DNA of 63,940 nucleotides, counting the filler, from Reticulomyxa filosa (Eukaryota > Protista > Foraminifera): NCBI GenBank assembly GCA_000512085.1. It is 14 parts of 14 records of this genome, joined end to end, with 100 filler letters (N's around TTAATTAATTAA, not from the genome) between each part and the next. Parts side by side here need not be neighbours in the genome. Positions count along the whole stretch, not along the records: positions 46,019 to 53,637 come from ASPP01013617.1; positions 53,738 to 57,219 come from ASPP01007886.1; positions 57,320 to 58,342 come from ASPP01040301.1; positions 58,443 to 60,449 come from ASPP01018074.1; positions 60,550 to 62,036 come from ASPP01002372.1; 9 more parts are not named here. The stretch is one strand, 5' to 3'. A program made the translations under genes and the position numbers. The stretch's first letter is position 1. Every line of letters starts with the position of its first letter. Below the pieces are notes generated by a model, which was given only the letters and a program-made list of their open reading frames with translations, did no database searches and had not been told where the DNA came from. This document shows, in pieces, positions 48,870-60,979 of this stretch.

Positions 48870-49395
48870 TATACTACAACTTATTACTTTATATTTTTGT
48901 GGGAAAAAAAAGGGGCCACATAACTTATTAATAACAACTAAACACTCAATAATTTTTTTTTTTTTTACTCCCCCTCCCTTGCTTGGTTATGACCCCTTTC
49001 ATTTTTCCAAGTTTTTACCATTAGTTTCGTTTGGTTGTTGACTTGAAAAATTGGAAACTTAGTTTTCTGGGATTGAAGTCAGTTTCGTACATCGTCTTTA
49101 CTTTTGACTCCTGTCTTGTCATCTTTTTTTTAAAGAAAAAAGATACAAGTTGTTTCAAAAATATTTGTTGCGGAATTTTCATCGCGTTTTTGCTTTTCTC
49201 TTTTAGAAAACAATTTTATGCATAAACCCACTTCTTATTGTGTTTTTGCAATATACGTTGGGTGCGGCTTACTGACCTTTGGTCAAGCTTGTAACAATTG
49301 AAAGCAACATAAACTGAAATTGAATTGGTAAATAATGTATGAGGGGCAGAGAATGGAGGAAAAAAAAATTTCGTTTCCAAAATAAAAATTCAAAG

Positions 49396-50585
49396 CTATT
49401 TGCTTGTCAATGTTTGTTTGGTGTTTGATTTTTTAATAAAAAAAAGAATGGGTTTATTTTCAACGCGATAGGAAACAGTAACAGTAGATGCATTGACAAA
49501 AACAGTTGGTGACAAAAGCTTTGTTGTAGTGACCCCATATCCTTCGTGAATATGACCAAACACATGGAATTTCGGCTTGACCGCCATCACCCTCTCGAGC
49601 AAGTCCTTGCATCCAACTGCGTTATTTTTCCAGCCATCGCTAACGACATCTCCATGTCCAAATGGAGGGCCATGGGTAATCAGAATGTCAGTATCCAAAG
49701 GAATTTGCGCCCATTTTGAAGCTAACTCCTTCCGTGTTCGCAAATTGAATGCCCAATCGCAAAACTCAGGTTGCCATGGGCTTCCGTAAATTTTGATTCC
49801 TGTAGATCCATATATATTATAGTACATTTTTTTTTCCCCCATCTCACACTTAGGGGCACAAAAAAAAAGATTTAAAAAAAAAGTGCAATGCATGTTCACA
49901 GAGCGACAAATTGAAATGTACCCATAGTTTCATAAGATTGGTCTTTCAAATACACACTATTAGTAATAGCCTTGAGACATGCCTTTGCATCTTGATCGCT
50001 TCTTCCATGAAATTTCTTCCGTCCAGTTTTTTCATAATATGGTTCATCCAATGTCACATCATGGTTTCCTTTTTTTCGATTTACGTTAGAAAAAAATTGT
50101 ATACTCTAAAATACTCACTCTTTTTTTGTTTGTTTTGATTGAAAGATTTTGCACATGTCTGATTTTTTGGAATCCTTACCGGCTATTAAAATTGATTCTT
50201 TACAAATTTGTCTTTTTTTCAATTCACCGACCCATTGATCATAACTCACAATCTCTCTTTTTTTGTTTGTTTGTTTGTATTCTTATATGTTAAATGACCG
50301 TGTACAAATTGCAAGCTTGTTGTCCTTTTACTTGTAAAGCCCTGTGTCGGTAAAATCTCCTCCATGAATCAATAGATCGACCTTGGGCAAACTGTCAATG
50401 TCAATTTCTTTATGAAGTGAATGCGTGTCACTTATACATAAAACGCTTACAACGTCTTTGTCATTGGCCACGTCTAGGTCTGTAGGGATCACCTTGTAAC
50501 CCTTATTGTCTTTCAGCTCAACTTGAATTATGTTCTCGTTTTTTTCGTCTTCATCCAAACCTTTGACTTCGGTATCTGCACTCAT
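49396..50585 (-). CDS. Metallophosphoesterase (MPPED/239FB-like), multi-exon
   Basis: Motifs ISDTH, HGGDFT, IAG|NHD, IYGSPWQP, LITHGPP, GCKDLL, HVFGHIHEGYG and FVNAS. Confidence 0.92.
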
Positions 50586-50973
50586 TTATTTATATTAATT
50601 ATTTGGGTTTAGTCTTCTAAATTTTTGTAAAAAGAAATTTGTGGCAAAAAACAAACAAATAATTTTTTGATTGTTCTTAAAATCGTTGGATATTATCAAC
50701 ACGATTATTTTTTTTAAGGGAATGTTATTTGTGGTCAGCACAAATGCAAAACTAAAATCAATTAAGCAGGAAGTGCCTACACAATTTGGCAATTTAAAAA
50801 AGATGGCCAATAAGCTGTTTTGTTGGAAATAAGTAAACCACAAGCCTTAAAAAAAAACGGCTGCAGTACAAGAACACATCATTTTTGTTGGAGGGAAAGC
50901 GAGTTTTCCTGTGCAGCCCCTTGTTAATCATTTTTCTCACAAAACCGATTCCTTCAAAAATCAAATCTTTATC

Positions 50974-52924
50974 ATGACAGAGCGACGTCGCAGACCTTTA
51001 TCGGGTAGATTTTTTTGTGTTTTTGATTGAAATGTTTTGAGCACAATGCCCAGAAATTGTTACTAAAAACGAGCACGTAGAGGGGCGATATGTTAAACAT
51101 AAACAAACGGGGAAAAAAAAGGGGTCAGTGTGACCGCGATTCCATCGCAGCCAAGTAATATAGACAGAAGAGATTTTAAGAACGACAGCATGGGAAAGAA
51201 AGACGATGACAGTTACACAAAAGAAGATGATAATGGCAAGCGAGAAGTAAACCGACTCTTGCGCAACAGAGGAACATTGTATTGTTGCGGCGGAGTTTTA
51301 TGTTTGACAATAGCTGCACTTCTGATCGTGTTATACATGATCAATCAAGGCAACAGAAGCACAATAACTACTGTGGCTCTATCCTCAGGCGCTTTTTTTG
51401 AAAGGTTAAAAAAAAGCGAGGGGGTCTCTTTATATACAGATGAAGAAATTGCCGATCTAGTATACGTCAACTCCGCTCGTCTAAAGGTATTTTTTGTTTT
51501 TGTTGTTGCTGTTAGGTATACGTACGTATACGTAAAAAAAAAAAAAAAAAAAAGAACAAGCATCACACGTGCTTCGTGAGCACATATCGAATACAAGGGA
51601 TGACGTCCATATCGTGATAAGCAGTGGATGCAGTGAGCAGCAAAACTGGCAAAGTGAAGTGTTGCTGTATTCATGGGCAAGATTGCAACACCCAGGACAG
51701 ATCACTCGGATTGTTAGTGGGTGTCGTTCACTGTCGGAGAAATTGTCGTCGATGAACACGGCGATTGTATCGGAGCGTGTGCATTATTATTTTTCACCGG
51801 ATTACACCCCTGGAAAGAGTGAAGAGGAACGCAACAGCAAAGGCGGAGGACACCCTTTCCATTATTTTAATAAGCCCTTTGGCATGCGTAAATTCTTGGA
51901 TGATGTCGATATCCCGGAGTCGTACTTGGTACTTTTGGATCCGGACATGATCATCACTAAAGTCTTTGATTTTCATTTCAATAAATCACTTCCAGAACAT
52001 TTGCAAGTTTTTCTAAAAAAAAAAAAAAAAATGTTTATTTATGTATACGTATATCGTTGCCAATTGGTTGCCAATTGACTGTTGCAATACATTTCTAATA
52101 CTTATTTATTTATATTAGTGCTATTATAATTGTGTTTGCTTGTTTGTTTGAAAAAAAAAAAAAAGTTGAAAGAGGGACATCCCATATCGCAAATGTACGG
52201 AATTGGGACGAAATGGATACGTTGGGGACTTTGCACAGTCGACAATTGCAAAAGTGTGACTGAGAAGATAGCGTGGAAACACTACTCGGTTGGCCCCCCA
52301 TATATGATGCATGTAAGAGATTGGAGACGTATCGTTCCGCAGTGGGTGGAGTACTCGCCTGGGAGTTTGGAAAAAGACCCTCCTCCGAGCATCTTGGCGG
52401 AAATGTATTCGTATGCCATGGCTTGTGCACACCACGGCTTGAAGCATCAGACCATTGTCTCAATGGTCAGCGATCCTGGAGCCGATCAAGAAACCGAGCC
52501 TTGGAGCCAAGTTCAGTGGGGCTTTTTAAAAAGTCCTTTGGATTTGGCCACTGGAATACATATTGTGCACTACTGCCAAGGCTATTGGCTAGGGATTGAT
52601 CGTCCATCCGGACACTTCAAAACTGCAGGATTTAACTTTCATAAGGGACATGTGCCATCTGACATCTTGCACAATTGCGACATACCACTGCTTGTCGAAG
52701 TCCCATTGAATCAATTGGCCTTTCAAAGAGATCATACCCCTGACAAAAGAAATCTCTGGATGTTGTATCAAGTGATCAACAGAATCAATAGTGCTTTAAT
52801 GAACTACAAACACCTCAAATGCAAGAACTGGAAACCAGAGTTCAAAACTGTTTTGCTACAGCCTGAAAGAGATCCTCTTGCAAGAATGCATTACCTTTTG
52901 GATACTGATACTATTTATGGGTGA
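50974..52924 (+). CDS. Peptidyl-serine alpha-galactosyltransferase / hydroxyproline arabinosyltransferase-like glycosyltransferase (type II membrane)
   Basis: N-terminal TM; motifs SSGC..QNWQS, GQITRIVSGC, YFNKPFG, LLDPDM (DxD), PISQMYG, VGPPYMMH and LAEMYSY. Introns 51005-51121, 51487-51554 and 52007-52165. Confidence 0.8.
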
Positions 52925-53837
52925 TTCTGTTTTTTTTCACCTTTTTTTCTTTTTTAATCTTTTATTAGTCTTTTCAACTTAGACAAACAGATGAAACTAA
53001 ATTAAGCTAAACAATCCACGTCATTGTTCTCTCTTTCTTTGCCATTGCAACAAAAGAGAGGGGAGAATAATCAAGTTGATTAGGTTTTTTATTGCTTCAC
53101 ATTTTTTTGTTGGCTCAATTTCTCAAGAAATTCTTTTTTTTTCTTTATCTTTTTGTTGGATTGCACAGGCACAACATTAATGTGATGAAAAAAAGCAGTT
53201 TCCTCCTTATCTAATATTTTTTAATAAATAACGGCGGGCTTTCGTTATCAATGAATGTTTTTTTTTTTACACATGCACAATAAATGTATGTTACACTTGA
53301 ATTTTGACTATTTTTGTAAGCTTCAAGGGCTTGCAACGATTCTTAAAACATTTACTATGAAACAAATTTGCAAAATTGATAGTTTAATTCCTTAATTCCT
53401 CTTCCATAGTGACAACAAAAAAAGCATAAAGAAAATGTCATATAAAAAAAAATCCCCTTCAACGAAAAGTTTATTTCGCTAAAAACACTCAACCATGGAT
53501 TCACATAATTAAATGGGAGGAGTAAGGCTGAAAAAAAGAAAGTGAATAAAACTAGAAAACAGACAGACACGTAAGTAAAAATCCAGTGTAATATTTGATC
53601 CCTTTTAGTAATAGTTGGGATATACCATATCATATCANNNNNNNNNNNNNNNNNNNNNNNNNNNNNNNNNNNNNNNNNNNNTTAATTAATTAANNNNNNN
53701 NNNNNNNNNNNNNNNNNNNNNNNNNNNNNNNNNNNNNTTTAAAAAAAAAAAAAAAAAAAATTATTCCCTTTTTGCAAATGTTTGCCCTTTTTTTTTTTTT
53801 TTTTTTTTTAATAGTATATAATGCATACGTATATAGC

Positions 53838-54741
53838 TTAACATACCCAAATGCACATAATATACGTCAAGACTAAACATCCACACACTGCAATAAAGTT
53901 GACTATGATATATCGTTGCCAAGTGGCTGTTTTCGTTAGGGCAAGCATCACCACCATTACTAAAAACAATCCAAATGTCACTATCACGATGTAACGGATT
54001 TCATCTTTTGTTTTTTTTTGTTTTTTTTGTTCCCCCACTTTTCTTCAAAAAAAATGAGGAGGGAGCAAAAAAAAAAAAAAAAAGAAAAAAAAGGGATAAA
54101 AATGAGGACACTACAAACGAACCTCTTATCTCCCACAAATCCTGACATCTTTGGATCCTAAAAAACGAATAGCTATACATGGTGACAAAGAAGCCGTAGA
54201 AAAAAACAATCAGGCCTTGATAGGACCAGGAATTGAAATTGTTATGGTTGGACACGAGAACAGCTTCCATGGCAACCAACACAACAAAGTAATACACGAT
54301 CACTGTAATACACAGGAAATTGGCGTTTCCCAAATATTTCCCAAAGCGAATTGTCCATGGATTTTCTTTCACTTCCAATTTGATTGTCCACTTTAAGTTC
54401 AACAAGTCCAAGTTTTGCTGCCAATCAAAGTAGCACAGCCACGTCTTTATCAATAAAATCCCAAGGGGGATCACCACCGACTGATATACTATTAACTCGA
54501 CCTCACGAGAGGTGAACCAACTCATCTCCTTGGGCCACAATGAAATTGCGAATGTGAGCCATCGAGTACTCCCAGCTACTAACAATGATGATATTACAAA
54601 TATCGTTAGTCGAGGTCTTCGCTTCGCTATCATCAAGTCATAACGAAACTTCCAAAACACTGTCATTGCGTAAATGCACCAACTCAGGGTGATTAACCAT
54701 ATTGCCAGAGATATTAAAAATGCTATTTTTCCAGATTCCAT
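53838..54741 (-). CDS. 7TM receptor-like protein, paralogue of the 7TM-RGS at 2182-5852 (3' truncated by the contig end)
   Basis: TM1 followed by FWKFRYDLMIAKRRP, then KTWLCYFD...W....YLGN and DLWEIR|DEIRY (intron 54005-54122). Same layout as the first copy; the RGS domain is not within the contig. Confidence 0.65.
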
Positions 54742-55104
54742 ATTTACTTATAGAGATCGATTGATAATCTCCTTGATTGCAAGGAAACAGCTAAGACGTG
54801 AATTCGTTGACGGCCTTTAGTTTTTTTTTAAAAACACTACCGTTTCTAATATTATTTGGTAAAGTTTTGAAAGTAAAAGTGGCATGTTTTGGACCTAATG
54901 TGTGTCAATCCTCGCCAATACTAGAATATGATGATGTAAATAAAGTTTGATTGATGGCAGTGAAAAACAATTCAGTTCCATGGAACGATAGTTTTTATTA
55001 TTTAAAGAAATGTTAAAAAGCAGGAATATAATTTGATTATATCATTTGTACAAGTGTCCAGAGGGTATAACACAAAACATCAAGACTTTTTTCTAGTTTT
55101 TAAA

Positions 55105-56212
55105 ATGAGTGAGATTTCATCAACCGAAGAAAAACAAGCGGTTGAAGTAGCTGATATGAATAACCTGATAAAAGATAGAGTACGAGGTCTATTGTTGGGT
55201 TTATCCGCAGGAGATCGTAATGGAGGTCCCCAGCGCTTGGCGCTGTTGTTGATTTTGTATATGTTAAAGCATAAAGAGAAGTGTCATGAGTCCATGGAAA
55301 CATTATGGTCAGATTACTATCAAAAATGGTACCGCAATGGAGGGTTTGACACAGGAGTCACATTTATACAGATCGATACAGCCTTACAGCTAAATAAAGC
55401 GACGATTACATCTCCATATGAGGCCGCGAAGCAAATATATGAAGAGCAATCAAAAGGAAAATTTCCTCCGGAAGGGATCGGGAACGCACACCGGAACGTT
55501 GTGTTGTCCATGTTTCCTTTTTTGCATTCGATTTCAGCAAAAAAGGACTGTGAATAATCCAGGTTTGTCATTGACTGCTATGGCAGTGCAAGAGTCCGTT
55601 TTGACCCATTATTCGCCCAAGTGCAAGCAAATTGCAGTGTGTTGTAATGTATTGTGCAGAGCACTGATACAAGGGAAAACATGGATGGAGGCACTCCAAA
55701 TTATGTACGATTCTGTGGACACGAAATTGCTTACCAAAGAAATAGAGGCTATGAAAATTCGAGAGATCATAAAACCTTTTTTGGAGCCAAAGAACTCCCT
55801 CCATAAAAAAAATAAGGTCACTCCAACATGTTTTAAAAAAACTGGATGGTGTGTGGATGCCTTTCGAAGTGCACTGTATTTTGTAGACACATATACCACC
55901 TTTGACGAAGCATTGAGTCATTCTATCAAATTTGCTGGACCCTCCAACTATTGCCCAGTTCTTGTTGGAGCCATTGCTGGGTGTAAGTTTGGCTATGATA
56001 CTGTGTTAAAATCGAAGGAATTGAAACACTATTATAACTTAACACCGATCCTTGAGGATTGTTTAAAGCACTTTGTTCAGGGTGATGCGTTGTTTGATAA
56101 AGAACAAAACCTCAAATCGATTACTTTGTTGAATGTTTTGGATAAGTCAGGCCAGCTTGTCGCGGACCTCTGGCTCCATACTTTACAAACTAAAAAACAG
56201 ACAAAAAGCTAA
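55105..56212 (+). CDS. ADP-ribosylglycohydrolase-fold protein (divergent); frameshift near 55540
   Basis: Motifs DRVRGLLLGLSAGD, GFDTG.T, GIGNAHR, ESVLTH and LVGAIAGCKFG are spread over two overlapping frames. Confidence 0.75.
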
Positions 56213-56430
56213 ACAAATTAAATAAGACATTACCTTAGCGATTTTCTTAGAGGCGACTTACTGCATGCTCAGTCCTTAGATTTTGTTCTAAAGTTTATAA
56301 TACAACAACATTTCTAAAAGTAAGTAATTGTGCTTTTCAAGTTACAAAAAAAAATTGAAGTACATAAAAAACAGGACAACTAAAAAAAAAATTTTCGTTC
56401 AGTTAGTGACAAATCGTTAAATTTGGAATA

Positions 56431-57219
56431 ATGTTGCTGGATATTGATGAAGTCAACCAGGATTTGCCACCAGTTTTTGAGGACTTTACAAATGAAGATG
56501 CAGGAACAACCGAGCTGAACACGAATACAATACCAACAAAGACTTCAAAAGATTCGGAGATGAATTTTATTTTGTGTCCAATGTGTCAAACTCCAATAGC
56601 TCCCAATCCGTCTAACTTGTGTGTCAAGTGTCTAAACTCACAAGTGGATATTTCAGAAGGCATTACCAAGCAATTAGTGATCTTTCAAGTTCATCAACAT
56701 AAAAACACACATCCGTTGTTGTCTCCCTCCCCTCCCAACTTTCAAGACAAAGCCAAATAAAAACAAACAAACAAACAACGTTGCAACTGTGCAATAACAG
56801 TGCCGTCAATGCGAACGATATTTCAAAAACCCACAATACATCGAAGCACAATTGGAAGTAAGTTTTTCGTAAGTAATTAAATTAATTAAAAAAATAAATA
56901 ATTAAAAAATAAAAATAAAAAAAAATTAAAAACAAAAAGTCGCCACAATTGTTGGAATTATGCTTGAAAAAAATTCGAGGTTTGGGTAAAGTGAACCTAG
57001 TCGATGCAAAATTTTTGTGGACAGAGCCTCACAGCAAGCGTTTACGTGTGGAGCTGACAATCCAAAAAGAAGTGTTCAATGGTGCCATTTTGCAAAAGAA
57101 ATTCCCTGTCGAGTATATCCTTGAAGTTTAGTGTATACGTATTTTTAAAATTTTTTATTTTTTATTTTTTGAACTTTTATTTAAGACCCTTCAAAAAAAA
57201 AAAAAAAAAAAGAAAAAAA
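56431..57219 (+). CDS. NMD3: 60S ribosomal export protein NMD3, 5' part
   Basis: ILCPMCQTPIAPNPSNLCVKCL.SQVDISEGI...|CRQCERY...LE|SPQLLELCLKKIRGL.KVNLVDAKFLWTEPHSKR. Confidence 0.95.
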
Positions 57220-58442
57220 NNNNNNNNNNNNNNNNNNNNNNNNNNNNNNNNNNNNNNNNNNNNTTAATTAATTAANNNNNNNNNNNNNNNNNNNNNNNNN
57301 NNNNNNNNNNNNNNNNNNNTTTTTTCAACAAAAGTTGACGTTTACTCTTTTAAAATTGAAAATATATTGTTCATCAAAACGAACCAGCGGACAAAAAATT
57401 ATCAATGTATTCCTTCATTATTTTAAGCGTTATAATCTTTTTCATTGGCTGTCATCGAAATCACAAATCCATACTTTGTCTTTTTTTCATCGCTTTGTTT
57501 ACTTATGCACAATATCTCATAAGCAAATGGTTATTGTAAAAATTGAACTAATATATCATGTGAATTGCATAAAAAAATAATACAAATTAATGATGAACCA
57601 GATAAAATATTAAATATAATATGAAGTTTGTAGGGAAAGTCACTACATTACATTCTTAAATACTAACGGAACGTTGGGACCCCACCCTCTTCTTAACACT
57701 ACTCACTTTCCTCTTGTTTTACTTGTTTCTTTATCTGCGTTGTAATTATTCTCTTTAATTAACTTTCTTTTACTGAAATTACTCTCTTGGAACTAAGTTC
57801 ATTTCGTATTACACTTAATCTTCTCACAAGTCCCACAAGTTGTTGCTCAGTTGAGCAAATTCACAAAACATAATATAAGTATTTTTAAAACGGTATTTGA
57901 TGCGTTTGCATTAGAAGTGTTAACATGTATCCTAAAATTAAATATGAATCTGCACTATCAAAAACAATATCGCTCTAAAGAATCTGCGGACAGTGTAAAG
58001 CAAATTGCTCATCAATGTGAGCTTCTTTTGAATAAATTATGTTGTGTTTGTCCAAAAGTAAAAGATTACATTCAACAAGCAGATCAAAATGGCTTGTCCA
58101 TGTTAAAGTTATCGTAATAATTCAAATCTCACAAATAAACTAAATATCTCCCATTTTTTGAGCAAACTCTAAATATACTTCAAGCAACATTTCAAAGTAA
58201 ACGTTTTTTTACAGTCATAAGATTATTTTGTAAAAAGCCAATGACATTGGACGTTTAATGATGATATCATAAGTAAGAGCTTTTTATTGAAGAGCAAGCA
58301 TTTTTTGTAATATTTAACAAGATAAACATCTGTTTCACAATTNNNNNNNNNNNNNNNNNNNNNNNNNNNNNNNNNNNNNNNNNNNNTTAATTAATTAANN
58401 NNNNNNNNNNNNNNNNNNNNNNNNNNNNNNNNNNNNNNNNNN

Positions 58443-58690
58443 TAATGCAACATGCCATAAATCGGAAAAAATTATGAAATGGTTAAAACAAAAAAAAAAT
58501 AAAAACAATGAATTACTGCAAATTCACCTGATTTAAATATAATTAAAAATCTTTGGTGGATAGTAAAGACAATGATTCACAAAAAAGGACCATTTAATAC
58601 CACTAAAGAAATTTGGAACAAATTCGAAACAGAATGTAAAAAAATTGAAATAAATATTTGTGAAACCTTAATAAAGTGTAAATGGTTAAT
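58443..58690 (+). mobile_element. Degenerate Tc1/mariner (DDE_3) transposase C-terminal fragment
   Basis: Hand translation gives NATCHKSEKIMKWLKQKKIKTMN, a frameshift, then ANSPDLNIIKNLWWIVK...KEIWNKF. This matches DNA-P-H...W-P-x-SPDLNPIENLW with the catalytic Glu changed to Lys. Absent from the ORF track. Confidence 0.75.
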
Positions 58691-60017
58691 AAAAATTAAA
58701 ATTTGATTTACATTGGAAAATGTTTTTTCCCAAACATGCATAAAGATTTTTCATGCAAACGAAAATTTAAAATCCTTTCCATAAACACAAATTAACATTA
58801 AAAAAACTCTTATCGATCACAAAAAAGTGTTTAACTAGTAAAAAAAATTTTGAAATATAAAATGCTTGATTTTAAACGAAGTAATATTAAAGCGCAGTTT
58901 ATGACAACTGTTTTGAAATGTTTCAAGGTTATAATATATTTTTACTAAAATAATATTCTGTGCAAAACAAAGGATTTATTTCTATCAATTATTGGAATGA
59001 AAAAGCCAACAAAAAAAAAAGACGCTTGTTTTCGTTGTTTTGCTTTTTGCTCATGTTTGATAATACTCTTAAGTTAGTATAGTACTTTCTTTGTTTGTGT
59101 AGAAGAAAATCTGTTTGGAATGTGATTATAATGTTATAGATGAAAATATTTTTGTTGAAAATTATTTTTTAAACGTCTTTTTTGTTTTTTCACAAGTATT
59201 CCTTCTGTAATCGTAACGGTTGAGTTCCACAAAGCAAGCATTAGGGCCAGCTGATGTTGACTGAGTTTATTTAACAGATTATTATAATAAGTAAAAATAC
59301 TTTTTTTGCTTAATTTGTCCCACTACATTACAATTACAAACGACTTTGTTTAATTTTCTTAAATTGATTTTTGTATTTAGAAAATATAAATTAATTACAA
59401 AATTTTTGAAGTATCTTCCATACAAGTCATTTTTTTTCTTTTTACAACTAAATCTTGTTTTATAATTGCAAACTTCTATAGTCTATTTTACAAATTTACA
59501 TATATGTTATCTTCAAATCGATGAAAAATTTTATTAAAAAACAAATACAATATGTTCGCTTTCTTACTAGCTATTTTAAATGATGGGACATGAACATTAA
59601 CTTATATTCTTTGCTTAAAATTAAATAAAGCAAAATGTGCATGACAAAAAAAAAGGAAAATTATCATTTTGCTGAATTTTTAAAAATATTAAAACAATAA
59701 ACAAAGTACAGAAATGTGTAATGTGATAACAAAGTACTTTCTTTGGCTTTCTAAATAATTGGTAAATTTATATTTACAACACCACTTGTGTAAAATGATA
59801 TTTCTATACAATACAAAAAATAGAATTATGTTTATTCTCATTCCAAAAAATTAACTTCAATTTTTGGTGGCTGTTTTTTTATTTTAACACTAAAAAAATT
59901 ATATGGCATAGCAAAAATTTTGATCTGCTATCATCAAAGCAGTTTGACAAGTCCCTTTAGGAGAAAAAAGTTCCAAGTTTAAATCTTGCATCATACTAAT
60001 CATCTAAAACAAAGCAA

Positions 60018-60449
60018 ATGGGAAATTTTATCAGTAAAAAAGTGCTATCAACACAACAACCAGCGGTACATTTCATTTTAACATATCCTTCAGAAAGAGT
60101 TACTTTTAAGATTTGACTGGTTGTAATTTCAGATAAATCTGTCAGAAGAAGAAACCAAAGTAATTATTAAATTTTGGATTAGAACATTAAACGTCCGGTT
60201 AGGATGGATCCAGGATTTTGACAGACTTGTCGTCAATTATGTTAGTTTACTTGTTCTATCTTTTTTTAAATACTAATCAAAATATTCAAATGTTTATTTA
60301 ACATAGACATATATTGTCTTTATATTTGACACATTTCGTTCATCATCCAAATTAATCAATATATTCACTGGACATATAAGCAATGTATGGAGTATTGATT
60401 ATTCGACATTTAATGATTGTCAATTCATTTGTTCTGGATCAAATGATAA
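60018..60449 (+). CDS. WD40-repeat protein of the same expanded family, 5' exons (truncated by the contig end)
   Basis: Exons 60018-60065, 60133-60240 and 60307-60449 give MGNFISKKVLSTQQPA|INLSEEETKVIIKFWIRTLNVRLGWIQDFDRLVVNY|TYIVF...FTGHISNVWSIDYS...ICSGSND. Absent from the ORF track. Confidence 0.85.
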
Positions 60450-60549
60450 NNNNNNNNNNNNNNNNNNNNNNNNNNNNNNNNNNNNNNNNNNNNTTAATTA
60501 ATTAANNNNNNNNNNNNNNNNNNNNNNNNNNNNNNNNNNNNNNNNNNNN

Positions 60550-60979
60550 TGCCAACTCTTTTTATAATCTAGGAAATGCTTGCATTAACAAAGGAGAATA
60601 TAATAAAGCAATTGAAAGCTATCAAAAGGCATTGAAACTGTATTTGGAAATTTTTGGGAGAAATCATGCCGATGTTGCAGAGTCTTACAACAATTTGGGA
60701 TGCGCATATGATGATAAAGGGCAGTACGATGAAGCAGTCGAATGCTATGAAATGTCTTTAAAGATTAGGAAAGAAATATTTGGAATCATGAACAAGTCAG
60801 TCGGTGACTCATACTGGAATTTAGGATTAGTCTTTGAAAAAAAAAATGAAACAAAAACATCATGTAAATACTTTGAAGAAGTATGGAAGATATATAATGT
60901 AGTACTGGGACAGTGGGATGAACAAACATTAAGAGCAAAGCAAAGAGTCAAAGAACTGACTGAATTGCATGAGGAATAA
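60550..60979 (+). CDS. TPR-repeat protein (kinesin-light-chain-type 42-aa repeats), C-terminal part
   Basis: ANSFYNLGNA...GEYNKAIESYQKAL...HADVAESYNNLG.AY..KGQYDEAVECYE.SLKIR. Confidence 0.88.
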
